Positions 26,490 through 35,818 of a DNA stretch of 64,000 nucleotides are shown here, one piece after another; position 1 is the first letter of the stretch; the number at the start of each line of letters is the position of its first letter. Location of the stretch: contig JBGAGQ010000003.1 of the NCBI GenBank assembly GCA_044226625.1, forward strand, positions 128,001-192,000. Direction: 5' to 3'. The position numbers and the translations under genes are program-made. Origin of the DNA: Thermoanaerobaculia bacterium. GTDB taxonomy: Bacteria; Acidobacteriota; Thermoanaerobaculia; Multivoradales; UBA5704. The notes under the pieces were generated by a model. The model ran no database searches, was not told the origin of the DNA, and worked only from the letters and a program-made list of their open reading frames with translations.

Positions 26490-28094
26490 TCAGAATTCGG
26501 CCGCGAGCTCTCGGAAAAGCTCGGCGTCGCGTGAGTAGACGTCGCGGCCGAGCCGAAGCGTGCCGTCCTCATCCACCCACGCGGTCCAGTAGGCGACGTG
26601 AACCGGAATCGGTTCCGGAATCGCGATCCGGCGCTCGATTCCGGCGTCGATCGCGGCGCGGATCGCCTCCGACGTCCACTTCTGATCGCCGGCGAGCATC
26701 CAGACCGCGAGGTCGAACGGCTTCTCGATGCGGATGCAGCCGTGGCTGAACGCGCGCACCGTTCGACCGAAGAGGGATGGAGCCGGGGTGTCGTGCAAGT
26801 AGACGCCGAAGCGGTTTGGGAAGAGGAACTTGATCCGCCCGAGCGCGTTACCCGGCCCCGGCTTCTGGCGCAGTCGGTTCGGCCCGAGGACCTCGTACCC
26901 TTCGCGGCGCAGGTACCCCGAATCTTTCGCCGCCTTCGGCAAGATCTCCTCGACCGCGATCTTCTTCGGCACGTACCACGACGGGTTCCAGACCACCGCG
27001 TTCATCGCGCTCGAGAACATCGGCGTCTTGGTGAACGGCTTGCCGACGATTGCCCGCATCTCGAGCTCCGTCCGGCCGTCCGCGACCGCGACCAGGTGGA
27101 ACGCCGCGATGTTCACCAGGACGTAGCGGCGACCGAGGTCGTGCGGCAGCCAGCGCCAACGCTCGAGATTCGCCTCGATCGTGCGGACGTGGTCTTCCGC
27201 ACGCAGGTTCAGCTCGGCGAGCGTCACCGGTCCTACCGCTCCGTCCTCGGCGAGACCGTGCCGCGATTGAAAGGCGCGTACGGCCTCGGCAAGGGATTCG
27301 TCGAACCGATCGGGCTCGGCCGCGGAAAGCACGGGCGCCGCGGCGTCGGCCGTGGCGGCGTCGGCGAGACGCGAGCGGAGGGAGACCAACCGTTCTCCCC
27401 GATCGCCCAGGCGCAACGTCGGCCCTGGAGCGACCAGATCGGGAGCAGGCCGCCCCGCCAGTTCTCGATAGCGGCGGAGCGCGGCGCGCAGCCGGCGATA
27501 TCCGTCCGCCGGCGGAGCCAGCTCGGCGATCGCGGCGCGGACGCGATGCTCCCGAAGGGCAGCCTCGAGCACGGCGGGCAAATCGGCCGCGTCGGGCGTG
27601 AGCGCGCAGTCGGAATAGAGCTGCTCGGGGTTGACCGTGCCGTGGCGCAGGTGGGAGGCGAACGTGAGGAAGGCGTCGGAAAAGAGGAGATCGAAATCGG
27701 CCCGGGCGAGCGCGTCGGAGGGTGCCCGCTCCGCGGTGGCGAGCTTCCGCAGCGACGAGAGCCGATAGTCCTCCGGCCGAAGCCCGTCCTCCTCCGCCCC
27801 GCCGATCGCCGAGAGGAGGTCTTCGACCTCGGGCGACGGGCCTTGTTCGGTGATCCAAGCTGGAACGAACGATCGGCGCTCATAGAAACAGGAGAGATCG
27901 GCTGAGCCGCGCCAGCTCTTGCCCTCGGCTGAAAGCACGGGACGCCCTGCCGCGAGGCGTGCACGGAGCACCACCGAGAGACGCTCTCCCTCCGAAGTCT
28001 CTTGCCCCACGATCGAGCCCGCGATTCCGCCGAGCGCCATCCCGAAAGCGAGAGCCAGCCATCTCGGGCCGAAACCTTTGAGTCCACCGTTCAC
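26490..28094 (-). CDS. L,D-transpeptidase (YcbB/LdtD-like) with peptidoglycan-binding domain
   Basis: AVRAFQSRHGL..DG.VG, NLERWRW, NALGRIKF, YLHDTP, SHGCIR. Confidence 0.92.
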   Translation of the reverse strand: MNGGLKGFGPRWLALAFGMALGGIAGSIVGQETSEGERLSVVLRARLAAGRPVLSAEGKSWRGSADLSCFYERRSFVPAWITEQGPSPEVEDLLSAIGGAEEDGLRPEDYRLSSLRKLATAERAPSDALARADFDLLFSDAFLTFASHLRHGTVNPEQLYSDCALTPDAADLPAVLEAALREHRVRAAIAELAPPADGYRRLRAALRRYRELAGRPAPDLVAPGPTLRLGDRGERLVSLRSRLADAATADAAAPVLSAAEPDRFDESLAEAVRAFQSRHGLAEDGAVGPVTLAELNLRAEDHVRTIEANLERWRWLPHDLGRRYVLVNIAAFHLVAVADGRTELEMRAIVGKPFTKTPMFSSAMNAVVWNPSWYVPKKIAVEEILPKAAKDSGYLRREGYEVLGPNRLRQKPGPGNALGRIKFLFPNRFGVYLHDTPAPSLFGRTVRAFSHGCIRIEKPFDLAVWMLAGDQKWTSEAIRAAIDAGIERRIAIPEPIPVHVAYWTAWVDEDGTLRLGRDVYSRDAELFRELAAEF

Positions 28095-28165
28095 GCCTGG
28101 AGATTGACCGCGATCTTCAAGGTGCGCAACCCCCGATCAGGTAGAGGTAGGCCTCGAACGCCCCC

Positions 28166-29671
28166 CTACTTCACCGGAAACGCCATCACGCCCCCCTGGA
28201 TCGTCGTCACGATCACGAGGTCGCCCGCGAGCGCCGGAGAGCCGGCGATGCCCCATTGGTGGGCTCCCGGAACGTCCGGCAGCGGATGCCGTCGCAGCAA
28301 TCGACCGGTCGCGCGGTCGAGAGCGGAAAAGCTCGCGACGTGATGGATGAAGTAGGGCTCGCCTCCGGCCGCTCCGACGAAGATCCGATCGCCCACGAGC
28401 AGCGGCGTACCGAAGGTCCAGCCGTAGACGTCAGAGCGCCAGAGCACCTTCCCGTCCTCGGGGCGGATCGCGCTCACGCGGCGAAGGTCGGAAGAGCCGA
28501 CGTACAGAATTCCATCCGCCAGGACCGGCGTCGATTCGAGCCACGAGCCCCAGAAGAAGAGCTTCCACAGCCGCTCCCCGGTCGAAAGATCGAGCGCGAA
28601 CAGGCCGGCCCCTCGGTTCCCGATGAAGACCCTCGTACCCTCGACGAGCGGCCGGTCCTCGACCTCGGCGCCCGTGTCGAATCGCCAAAGCTCCTTACCG
28701 GTCGCCCGGTCCAGGGCGTAGACGAAATGGTCAGCGCTGCCGAAGATCACTTTGTCCCCGGCTACCGCCGCCCCACCGCGAACCTTGCCGCTCGTCGCGA
28801 TTCGCCACTTTCGCGCGCCCGTGGCCGCGTCGATTGCGTGGAAGCCGCCAGCTCCCGACCCGACGTAAACCACTCCGTCCGCGACCTCTGGCTTCGGCCC
28901 GTGCCAGTCCCAGTCGAAGACCTCCGGATGCCCGATCACTCGCGAGACCCGCTCGTCGCCCAAGTCGTATCGCCAAACTTCCTTGCCGTCGTCGCGGCGC
29001 AACCGAAGCAGGTAACCGTTGTCGCAGACGAAATAGACCGCGTCCGCGGTCACCATGGCCGTGCCGAAAACCGGCCGACCGGCGGCGAACGACCAGAGGA
29101 TCTTGCCGTCGCGGGCGTCCAGGGCGTTGAACACGCCGCCCGTCGTTCCGACGTAGACCTTGCCGTCGAAGACGATGGGTGACGCAAAGATCTGGCCGTT
29201 CAAGCGCGTCTGCCAGGCGGGAGCCGGTCCCTCCGGAACGGCGGGGATCGGCGTTGGCTCGGGAAGCCGCTCGGCTCGACGAAAGAGCGCCGCGCTGTTC
29301 GGCCCCGGATAGGTTCCTTCGAGCACGCCCTCGTGCAATCGCAGCTTGAGCGCCAAATCGTCGAGAAGGATCCACTCCCCTTCCCGTCGGACCGTGCCGG
29401 CCTTGACGTTGAAATAGTTCGAGATCGGCTGGGTCAGGAAGAGATCGACCCCGCCGTCCGCGCTCCCTCGCAGATCGAGCCCGACCTCGATCCGCTCCTT
29501 CTCGGTACCGATCGTCCCCAGCCAGAGCCCGACGATCGGATCCATCGCGGCAGGCGGCTCAGAGGCTCGAGCCCCGGTGCTCCAAACCATCGCCACGCCC
29601 AGAACCGCAGCCGCAACGATCCATGAAACCCGGTTCTTCGAGCGACATACCTCCCCTATGAGCTTTCGCAT
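28166..29671 (-). CDS. Secreted PQQ-like beta-propeller repeat protein
   Basis: Repeated ALD..TG...W motifs; signal peptide; start uncertain. Confidence 0.8.
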   Translation of the reverse strand: MRKLIGEVCRSKNRVSWIVAAAVLGVAMVWSTGARASEPPAAMDPIVGLWLGTIGTEKERIEVGLDLRGSADGGVDLFLTQPISNYFNVKAGTVRREGEWILLDDLALKLRLHEGVLEGTYPGPNSAALFRRAERLPEPTPIPAVPEGPAPAWQTRLNGQIFASPIVFDGKVYVGTTGGVFNALDARDGKILWSFAAGRPVFGTAMVTADAVYFVCDNGYLLRLRRDDGKEVWRYDLGDERVSRVIGHPEVFDWDWHGPKPEVADGVVYVGSGAGGFHAIDAATGARKWRIATSGKVRGGAAVAGDKVIFGSADHFVYALDRATGKELWRFDTGAEVEDRPLVEGTRVFIGNRGAGLFALDLSTGERLWKLFFWGSWLESTPVLADGILYVGSSDLRRVSAIRPEDGKVLWRSDVYGWTFGTPLLVGDRIFVGAAGGEPYFIHHVASFSALDRATGRLLRRHPLPDVPGAHQWGIAGSPALAGDLVIVTTIQGGVMAFPVK

Positions 29672-29759
29672 CCCACACCTCATGCACCCAACCGGGCGCG
29701 ATCTCCTCTCGGAGACGAGATACGGGAGGTGACAGGACAGGTTTCCGCGAGGGCGATGC

Positions 29760-31325
29760 CTACCCCTCACCCGCCGCCCGCGCGCGTTCGAAGCGGGTGG
29801 CCTCGTCCTCAGGGAGCGTGCGCGCGGCAAGGAGGAAGAAGCCGAGGGCGACGACGTTCGCGATCAAGGCGAGCGAGATCGCGATGCGGAGGTCGCCGAA
29901 AGCCATGCTCAGGCGGCCGATCGTGTAGGGGCCCATCGCGAGACCGATCAGGGTGTTGACGAGCAGGAACGCGGCCGAGGCCATGGCGCGCATGCGGGGG
30001 AGGACGAGGTCCTGGATCGTCGAGGTGCCGGGGCCGAGCCAGAGCGCGGAGGCGGCGTAGAGCGGGAGCGCGAAGGCGAGCGCCGCGGTGGTGTTCGGGG
30101 TCCAGCAGACGGCGAGCGCGAGCGGAATCGTGAGAACGGCGTTCAACATGCCGACGTAGAGGCGCCCGCGCGGCGAACGCAGTCGCAAGCGGTCGGCGAC
30201 CACGCCGCCGAAGGTCACGCCGATCCAGCCGCCGAGCGCCGCCGCGCCGCCGACGAGGAAGCCGAGCCGATCGAGCGGGATCGCGTGGACGCGGGAGAAG
30301 AACGGCGCGAGCCAGAAGCCGAAGCCGTAGCCGTTGAACGAGAGGAACGAGAAGCCGAGGACCGAGAAGATCATCGAGCGGGTGCGGAAGATCAGCGCCG
30401 TGCTCGGTCGGTCGCGGAGCGCGAGCGATTGCCCCCAGGAGACCGCGGCATAGATGCCGAGCGCGAGCGAGCCCCATTGCGCCGGGTTGCCGAGCGCGCC
30501 GGTGAGAAGGTACGCGGCGCCGACGAGCCCCAGCGCCGCGCCGAGGTTTGCGGCGAGCATGGCGGCGGAGGCGCCGCGGCGGATGAGGTTCCAGACCGTG
30601 AACGGTGGGATCACCGAGGCCAGCTCGGCGAGGAACGCCGGGAGCGGCTTTACTTGCTCTCGGGCCCCCGCCAGATCACCGCCGTCGCTCATCCCCCGCT
30701 TCGGCTCGCGCAATGTGACGGCCCAGAGCGCGAGCGGAATACCGGGAAGGCCGACGACGAAGAACGCGGCCTGCCAGCCCGAAAGGCCGAGCGGCGCGCC
30801 GCCGGATGCGAACGCCTGGTCCCACCGGTCGACCACCAGGCCGCCCAGGAACAGACCGAGGCCGGAGCCCAGGTAGATGCCGCTCGAGTAGATCGCGAGC
30901 ACCGTGGCGCGCCGGGCGCGCGGGAAGTAGTCGGAGAGGAGCGAATAGGCGGCGGGCGAGGCGCTCGCCTCGCCGATCCCGACGCCGATGCGGGCGAGCG
31001 CGAGATGGGCGAACGACCGCGCGAGGCCGGAGAGCGCCGTCATCACGCTCCAGAAACCGAGCCCGATCGAGATCAGCCGGCGCCGGTCCCAAACGTCCGC
31101 GAGGCGGCCGAGCGGCAAACCGAACAGGGCGTAGAAGACGGCGAACGCCGTGCCGTAGAGGTACCCGAGCTGCGCGTCCGTCGCGCCGAGGCCGGCCTTG
31201 ATGCGCTCGGCCAGGATCGAGAGGATCTGGCGATCGAGGAAGTTGAAGACATAGACCAGCACCAGCACCGCGAGCACATAGCGCGCGTACGGGCCGCCGA
31301 CCTCGTCGTTCTTGTCGTCCGCCAT
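29760..31325 (-). CDS. MFS transporter (spinster-like)
   Basis: NFLDRQIL, GRLADVWDRRR, RIGVGIGEA, SDYFP. Confidence 0.9.
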   Translation of the reverse strand: MADDKNDEVGGPYARYVLAVLVLVYVFNFLDRQILSILAERIKAGLGATDAQLGYLYGTAFAVFYALFGLPLGRLADVWDRRRLISIGLGFWSVMTALSGLARSFAHLALARIGVGIGEASASPAAYSLLSDYFPRARRATVLAIYSSGIYLGSGLGLFLGGLVVDRWDQAFASGGAPLGLSGWQAAFFVVGLPGIPLALWAVTLREPKRGMSDGGDLAGAREQVKPLPAFLAELASVIPPFTVWNLIRRGASAAMLAANLGAALGLVGAAYLLTGALGNPAQWGSLALGIYAAVSWGQSLALRDRPSTALIFRTRSMIFSVLGFSFLSFNGYGFGFWLAPFFSRVHAIPLDRLGFLVGGAAALGGWIGVTFGGVVADRLRLRSPRGRLYVGMLNAVLTIPLALAVCWTPNTTAALAFALPLYAASALWLGPGTSTIQDLVLPRMRAMASAAFLLVNTLIGLAMGPYTIGRLSMAFGDLRIAISLALIANVVALGFFLLAARTLPEDEATRFERARAAGEG

Positions 31326-31400
31326 CCCATCCTCCTCAAGAAAACTTCCGATGTTCGGTCCTTGGAGGCTTCTGGCCTTTGTCGCGAGATGAAGGTGGCC

Positions 31401-31494
31401 GCCCCCCGGAGAATTCCGCGAGGACGGCGCGAAACTGTCTGAGCCCCAAAGGGGCGAGTTTTGAGCGCCACCGCAGCGGAATCCTCCGGGGGGC
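31401..31494. repeat. ~94-bp miniature inverted-repeat (MITE/REP-like) element
   Basis: 19-bp terminal inverted repeats with 1 mismatch (GCCCCCCGGAGAATTCCGC / GCGGAATCCTCCGGGGGGC); nested GGCGC/GCGCC, AAACT/AGTTT and GCCCC-AAA-GGGGC. Confidence 0.6.
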
Positions 31495-31501
31495 CCTCAC
31501 C

Positions 31502-32512
31502 TCACAGCACGAACGCCGCGCCCGCTTGGTTGTACCCGACGCCCGACCCGAGCAGCACCACCAGATCGCCCGACCCGGCTTTCCCCGCTTCGAGTGCGTC
31601 GTGCAGCGCCATGGGAATACAGGCAGACCCCGTGTAGCCCCACTTCTCCATGACCATGTGGGCACGCTCGACCGGGAGCCCCAGATCGGCCATGACGATC
31701 TCGATCGATGGTTTTCGCACCTGGGTGAAGATCCAAAGCTTCACCTCGCCGAGCCCGAAGCCGCCCTGCGCGGCGAGCCTGCGCGCGAGGCGCGGCCACC
31801 CCTCGTGGTTCACTTCCGGCGGATAGCGCTCGTAGGACTTCACCGTCGTCCGCCCCGCCTCGACCGACTCCTTCGACGCCGGCTCGACCGTACCGCCCGA
31901 GAGGATCGCCCAGTTGCGCGCGTAGGAACCGTCGGCCTGGAACGCCGCGGCCACGAAGCCGGGCTCGTCGCCAGCCGTCAGCACCGCTGCCCCCGCGCCG
32001 TCGCCGTAGAAGAACCGGGTCGGCTCGGTCGGCGCCGCGAGCCGCTGCATCAGATAGGCCCCCACCACCAGCACGGTCCGAAGCGCCGGATTCGAGGCGA
32101 TCATCCCGGCCGCCGCGGCCATGCCGGTTGGAAACGAGGCGCAGGCGCAGCCGACGTCGAACGTCCCGGCGTTCTTCGCGCCGAGCTTGTGCTGGAGCAC
32201 GACCGAGGTCGCGGGGGTGAGGTAGTCGGGCGAATCGGTGCCGAGGACGATCAGGTCGATCTCCTCGGGCGTCTTGCCGGCGCGGTCGAGCGCCTGACGC
32301 GCCGCTTCGAGCGCGAGGTCCGAAGTCGCCTGGTCGTCGCGCGCCCAGTAACGGCGAACGATGCCGGTCGACGCCTGCATCTTCTCGACGTACTCGGGCG
32401 CGACGCCCGCCAGCAACGCGGCGAGCTCGGCGTTGCCGACCTCGCGCTCGGGCAGGTAGAGACCGGTCGAGGCGATCCGCGCGAAGCGCGGCGCGGAAGA
32501 GATCCGGTTCAA
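31502..32512 (-). CDS. 3-oxoacyl-ACP synthase III (FabH)-like protein with a non-canonical active site
   Basis: STGLYLP, TGI..R, DVGCACASF, GDGAGA; FTQVR where HQAN is expected and GYTGSAC where GNTS is expected; TTGA overlap. Confidence 0.85.
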   Translation of the reverse strand: MNRISSAPRFARIASTGLYLPEREVGNAELAALLAGVAPEYVEKMQASTGIVRRYWARDDQATSDLALEAARQALDRAGKTPEEIDLIVLGTDSPDYLTPATSVVLQHKLGAKNAGTFDVGCACASFPTGMAAAAGMIASNPALRTVLVVGAYLMQRLAAPTEPTRFFYGDGAGAAVLTAGDEPGFVAAAFQADGSYARNWAILSGGTVEPASKESVEAGRTTVKSYERYPPEVNHEGWPRLARRLAAQGGFGLGEVKLWIFTQVRKPSIEIVMADLGLPVERAHMVMEKWGYTGSACIPMALHDALEAGKAGSGDLVVLLGSGVGYNQAGAAFVL

Positions 32513-33381
32513 TGCGGATCCCCCGGCGGCGGAGCGTCCGCGGGTTTCTCGTCGGGAGATTTTACCGGAGCGGCCCGTTCGATCGCGTTCTCGATGCGCG
32601 CCGCGGCATCGTCCGGATGTTCGAGCACGTACCCGTGCGAGGCTCCCGGCACGATCTCCAGCGTCGATCCCGAGATCGCCTTGTGCAGCTCCTCGGAGTA
32701 CGGAGGAGGAAACGTCACGTCTTTCTCGCCCGCGATGATCGTCACGGGCGCGCGGATCTTTCCGAGCTTGGGCGCGAGGTCCATCGTTTCGAGCGCGGCG
32801 AGGATGGCGTCCACCCCGGCAAACCAACTCTTGGGCAGCGCGGCCACCTGCTGGCGGCGGAGCGGCAACGCCTCCTTGTTCGCGGCGATCCATTCGGGCG
32901 AATACGTGGTCGGCACGATCGTGTCGAGCACCCGGCCGCCGTCGCCCCCGGCGACCGCCTCTTGGGCGAGCTTGCGGAGCAACTTCGTTCCGGCGACGTT
33001 TTCTTCCGAGAGGCGCGCGGTCGAGTTGAGCGCGACCACCGAAGCGACGCGATCCGGATGCTCCGCGGCGAGCACCAACGCCACGAGCGAGCCGAACGAG
33101 GTCCCCGCGAAATGCGCCTTCGGAATCTCCAAGCGGTCCAGCACGGCGACCACGTCGCGCGCGTGACCGGAAAGGTCCGTCGGCGCGGGCGCGTCGGCCG
33201 AAATCGGCGACTGCAGCTGACCCCGGAAATCGAGCAGGATCACCTTGTGCTTGCCGCGCAGCTTCGCCGCCACGGGCTCCCAATGAAACGTCGTCATCAT
33301 GCCGCCGTTCAACAGGACGATCGGCGCGCCGGCCGCGTCCCCCTGGACGACGTAATGGATGGCGGGAGGTGCGTCGATCAT
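32509..33381 (-). CDS. Alpha/beta fold hydrolase
   Basis: DFRGQ, GTSFG nucleophile elbow, GEKD, SHG; ATGA overlap. Confidence 0.88.
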   Translation of the reverse strand: MIDAPPAIHYVVQGDAAGAPIVLLNGGMMTTFHWEPVAAKLRGKHKVILLDFRGQLQSPISADAPAPTDLSGHARDVVAVLDRLEIPKAHFAGTSFGSLVALVLAAEHPDRVASVVALNSTARLSEENVAGTKLLRKLAQEAVAGGDGGRVLDTIVPTTYSPEWIAANKEALPLRRQQVAALPKSWFAGVDAILAALETMDLAPKLGKIRAPVTIIAGEKDVTFPPPYSEELHKAISGSTLEIVPGASHGYVLEHPDDAAARIENAIERAAPVKSPDEKPADAPPPGDPH

Positions 33382-34934
33382 GGCTCGGCTCCTGACTCTC
33401 TGAGATAGCGCTCGCGCAGATCGCCCTTGACCACCTTGCCGTACGGCGTGCGCGGCAGGGCCTCGACGAACACGAACACGCTCGGGTGCTTGTAACGGGC
33501 GAGGCGAGGGCCGAGGAACTCTACCAGCTCCTCCGCGGCCGGCCGGCGCTCTCCGGCGACCACGAACGCCACCCCCATCTCCCCCCACTTCTCGTCCGGC
33601 ACTCCAACCACCGCGGCGTCGCGGACGTCCGGATGGAGCAGCAGCTCCCCCTCGATCTCGGCCGGATAGACGTTCACGCCGCCACGGATCAGCAGGTCTT
33701 TCGCCCGCCCGGCGATCGTGTAGAAGCCGTCCGCATCGCGCCTCGCGAGATCGCCGGTGCGCCACCAGCCGTCCTCGGAGAGCGCCTCGGCGGTCGCCTC
33801 GGGGCGGTTCCAATAGCCGCGCGAGACGTGCGGCCCCCGAAGGTGGAGCTCGCCCACCTCGCCATCCGCCACCTCGTTGCCGTCCGCTCCGACCAGCCGC
33901 GCCTCGGCGAACAACAGCGGCTTGCCGATCGAGCCTGCCTTGGCGATCGACTCCTCGACCGTCATCGCGAAGCAGTTCACCCCGACTTCGGTGAGGCCGT
34001 ACCCCTGTTTGAAGACGATGCCGCGCTCCTGGTAGCGGTCGATCAGGAAGCGCGGCAGAGGCGCGCCCCCCGAGACCAGCCAGCGCACCGAAGAGAGATC
34101 GGCGGCGGCGAACGCGGGATGTTCGGAGAGACGCTCCCACACCGTGGGCACGCCGAGCACCACCGTCGCGCGTTCGCGCTCGATCGTCCGCCAGACCTCC
34201 TCGGCGTCGAATCCCGCGTGGAGCACGATCGTGCCGCCGATCGTGACGATCGGAACAAGAAACGCGAACAGCCCGCCCGCGTGGTAGAGCGGCAGGAAGA
34301 TCGGCGTCACGTCGTCCTCCCGAAGCTGCCAGGAGACGACCGTGTTGTAACCGTTCCAGAGCACCTGCCGGTGCGGGATCATCACGCCTTTCGGCCTGCC
34401 CGTGGTGCCGCTCGTGTAGAGCAGCGCCCACAGATCCTCGGACTCCAGCCGCGCGGCCTCGAACGGGCCTTCGGAGAGCGCCGCGATCTCCTCCGTCAAC
34501 GCGAGATCCTCAGGCACCGCGCGCAGGTGGGTATCGAGCGCCACGCCGAGCCGAATCGGCAGGAGATCGCGTAGCTCCCTCGCGTGGGCCGCGTGATCGC
34601 CGTCGTAGAGAAGGACGGTCAGGCCGCTGTCCTCGACCAGGTGGGCGATCTCCCGCGCCGTGAGGCGCGTGCCGATCGGAACGAGCACGGTGCCCGCTTT
34701 CGCGCAGGCGAAGAAGACGTCGAGGAACTCGACACGGTTGCCGGAAAGAAGCCCGACGCGGTCGCCCTTGCGCAGGCCGAACCGTTCGCGGAACAGCTGC
34801 GCCATCGCGACGGCGCGCCGGTCGAGCGCCGCGTACGTGAGCCGCTCGGCCCCCGGCGCGGGCGGCACCGTGACGAGCGCGAGCTTCTCCGGCGTGAGCC
34901 GTGCGCGCTCCCCGAGGAGGTCTCCGGCGATCAC
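33378..34934 (-). CDS. Long-chain acyl-CoA synthetase (AMP-binding)
   Basis: YTSGTTGRPKG, GYGLTE, TGD, GRAKD, LPRT..GK. Confidence 0.93.
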   Translation of the reverse strand: MIAGDLLGERARLTPEKLALVTVPPAPGAERLTYAALDRRAVAMAQLFRERFGLRKGDRVGLLSGNRVEFLDVFFACAKAGTVLVPIGTRLTAREIAHLVEDSGLTVLLYDGDHAAHARELRDLLPIRLGVALDTHLRAVPEDLALTEEIAALSEGPFEAARLESEDLWALLYTSGTTGRPKGVMIPHRQVLWNGYNTVVSWQLREDDVTPIFLPLYHAGGLFAFLVPIVTIGGTIVLHAGFDAEEVWRTIERERATVVLGVPTVWERLSEHPAFAAADLSSVRWLVSGGAPLPRFLIDRYQERGIVFKQGYGLTEVGVNCFAMTVEESIAKAGSIGKPLLFAEARLVGADGNEVADGEVGELHLRGPHVSRGYWNRPEATAEALSEDGWWRTGDLARRDADGFYTIAGRAKDLLIRGGVNVYPAEIEGELLLHPDVRDAAVVGVPDEKWGEMGVAFVVAGERRPAAEELVEFLGPRLARYKHPSVFVFVEALPRTPYGKVVKGDLRERYLRESGAEP

Positions 34935-34935
34935 T

Positions 34936-35718
34936 TCAGCTCCCGATCACCAATCCGCCGTCGACCGAGAGCACCGCGCCGTGAACGAAGCTCGCCGCGT
35001 CCGAGGCGAGCCAGAGGTACGCCCCGGCGATCTCCTCGACCCGGCCGAGCCGCCCGAGCGGGGTCTTGCCCGCGATGCCGTCGATCACCTTCTGCGGCAT
35101 CTTCTCGACCATCTCGGTCGAGATGTAGCCGGGCGCCACGGCGTTCACCCGGATGTTGTAGCGCCCCAGCTCGCGCGCCCAGGTGCGGGTCATCGCAATC
35201 ACCCCCGCCTTGGTCGCCGAGTAGTTGGTCTGGCCGAAATTGCCGTACAGGCCGACCACCGAGCTCGCCGACAGGATCACCCCGCCGCCTCGCTCGATCA
35301 TCCCGGGCACCACGGCCCGCGTGGGAAGGAAGACCCCACGCAGGTTGACGGCGAGCACGGCGTCGAAATCGGTCGTCGACATCGTGCCGAGCAGCGAGCC
35401 GTCCTTCCATTTCGCGAGCTGCGCGTCGCGCGTGATCCCGGCGTTGTTGATCAACACGTCGATCCGGCCGAAGCGCTCGAGAGCGCGCGCGACCCCTTCA
35501 CCCACCGCCGCCTCGTCGGCGACGTCGACCGCGTCGAACAGCGCCTCCCCTCCCCCGCTTTCGATCTCCGCCGCCGCGGCCTCTCCCGCCTCGGCCGAGC
35601 GGTCCCACAGCACCACTTTCGCTCCTTCGGTCGCGAAGCGCCGAGCGGTCGCGCGGCCGATTCCCGCGGCGCCGCCGGTGACCAGCACGACCCTGCCGCC
35701 AAGTCCCGTCTCGATCAT
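34936..35718 (-). CDS. fabG: SDR oxidoreductase, FabG/PhaB-like 3-oxoacyl reductase
   Basis: TGGAAGIG, NNAGITRD, GNFGQTNYSATKAG, VAPG. Confidence 0.85.
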   Translation of the reverse strand: MIETGLGGRVVLVTGGAAGIGRATARRFATEGAKVVLWDRSAEAGEAAAAEIESGGGEALFDAVDVADEAAVGEGVARALERFGRIDVLINNAGITRDAQLAKWKDGSLLGTMSTTDFDAVLAVNLRGVFLPTRAVVPGMIERGGGVILSASSVVGLYGNFGQTNYSATKAGVIAMTRTWARELGRYNIRVNAVAPGYISTEMVEKMPQKVIDGIAGKTPLGRLGRVEEIAGAYLWLASDAASFVHGAVLSVDGGLVIGS

Positions 35719-35818
35719 GAAATACCCTCGGAAAGCCGGCCGGACGCGCGCGGACCGAAGAGTCCCCGGGCGTCCGGCCGAGTGCAGCGGAACGATGCCG
35801 AGAAAGGCGCTTCGTCGA

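Noticed and set aside
31502-35718. Olefin biosynthesis (oleABCD) cluster
   Set aside because: Gene types are superficially similar, but the hydrolase has a Ser (GTSFG) rather than an Asp nucleophile, the reductase is a classical FabG-type SDR, and a TonB receptor plus TetR point to uptake.
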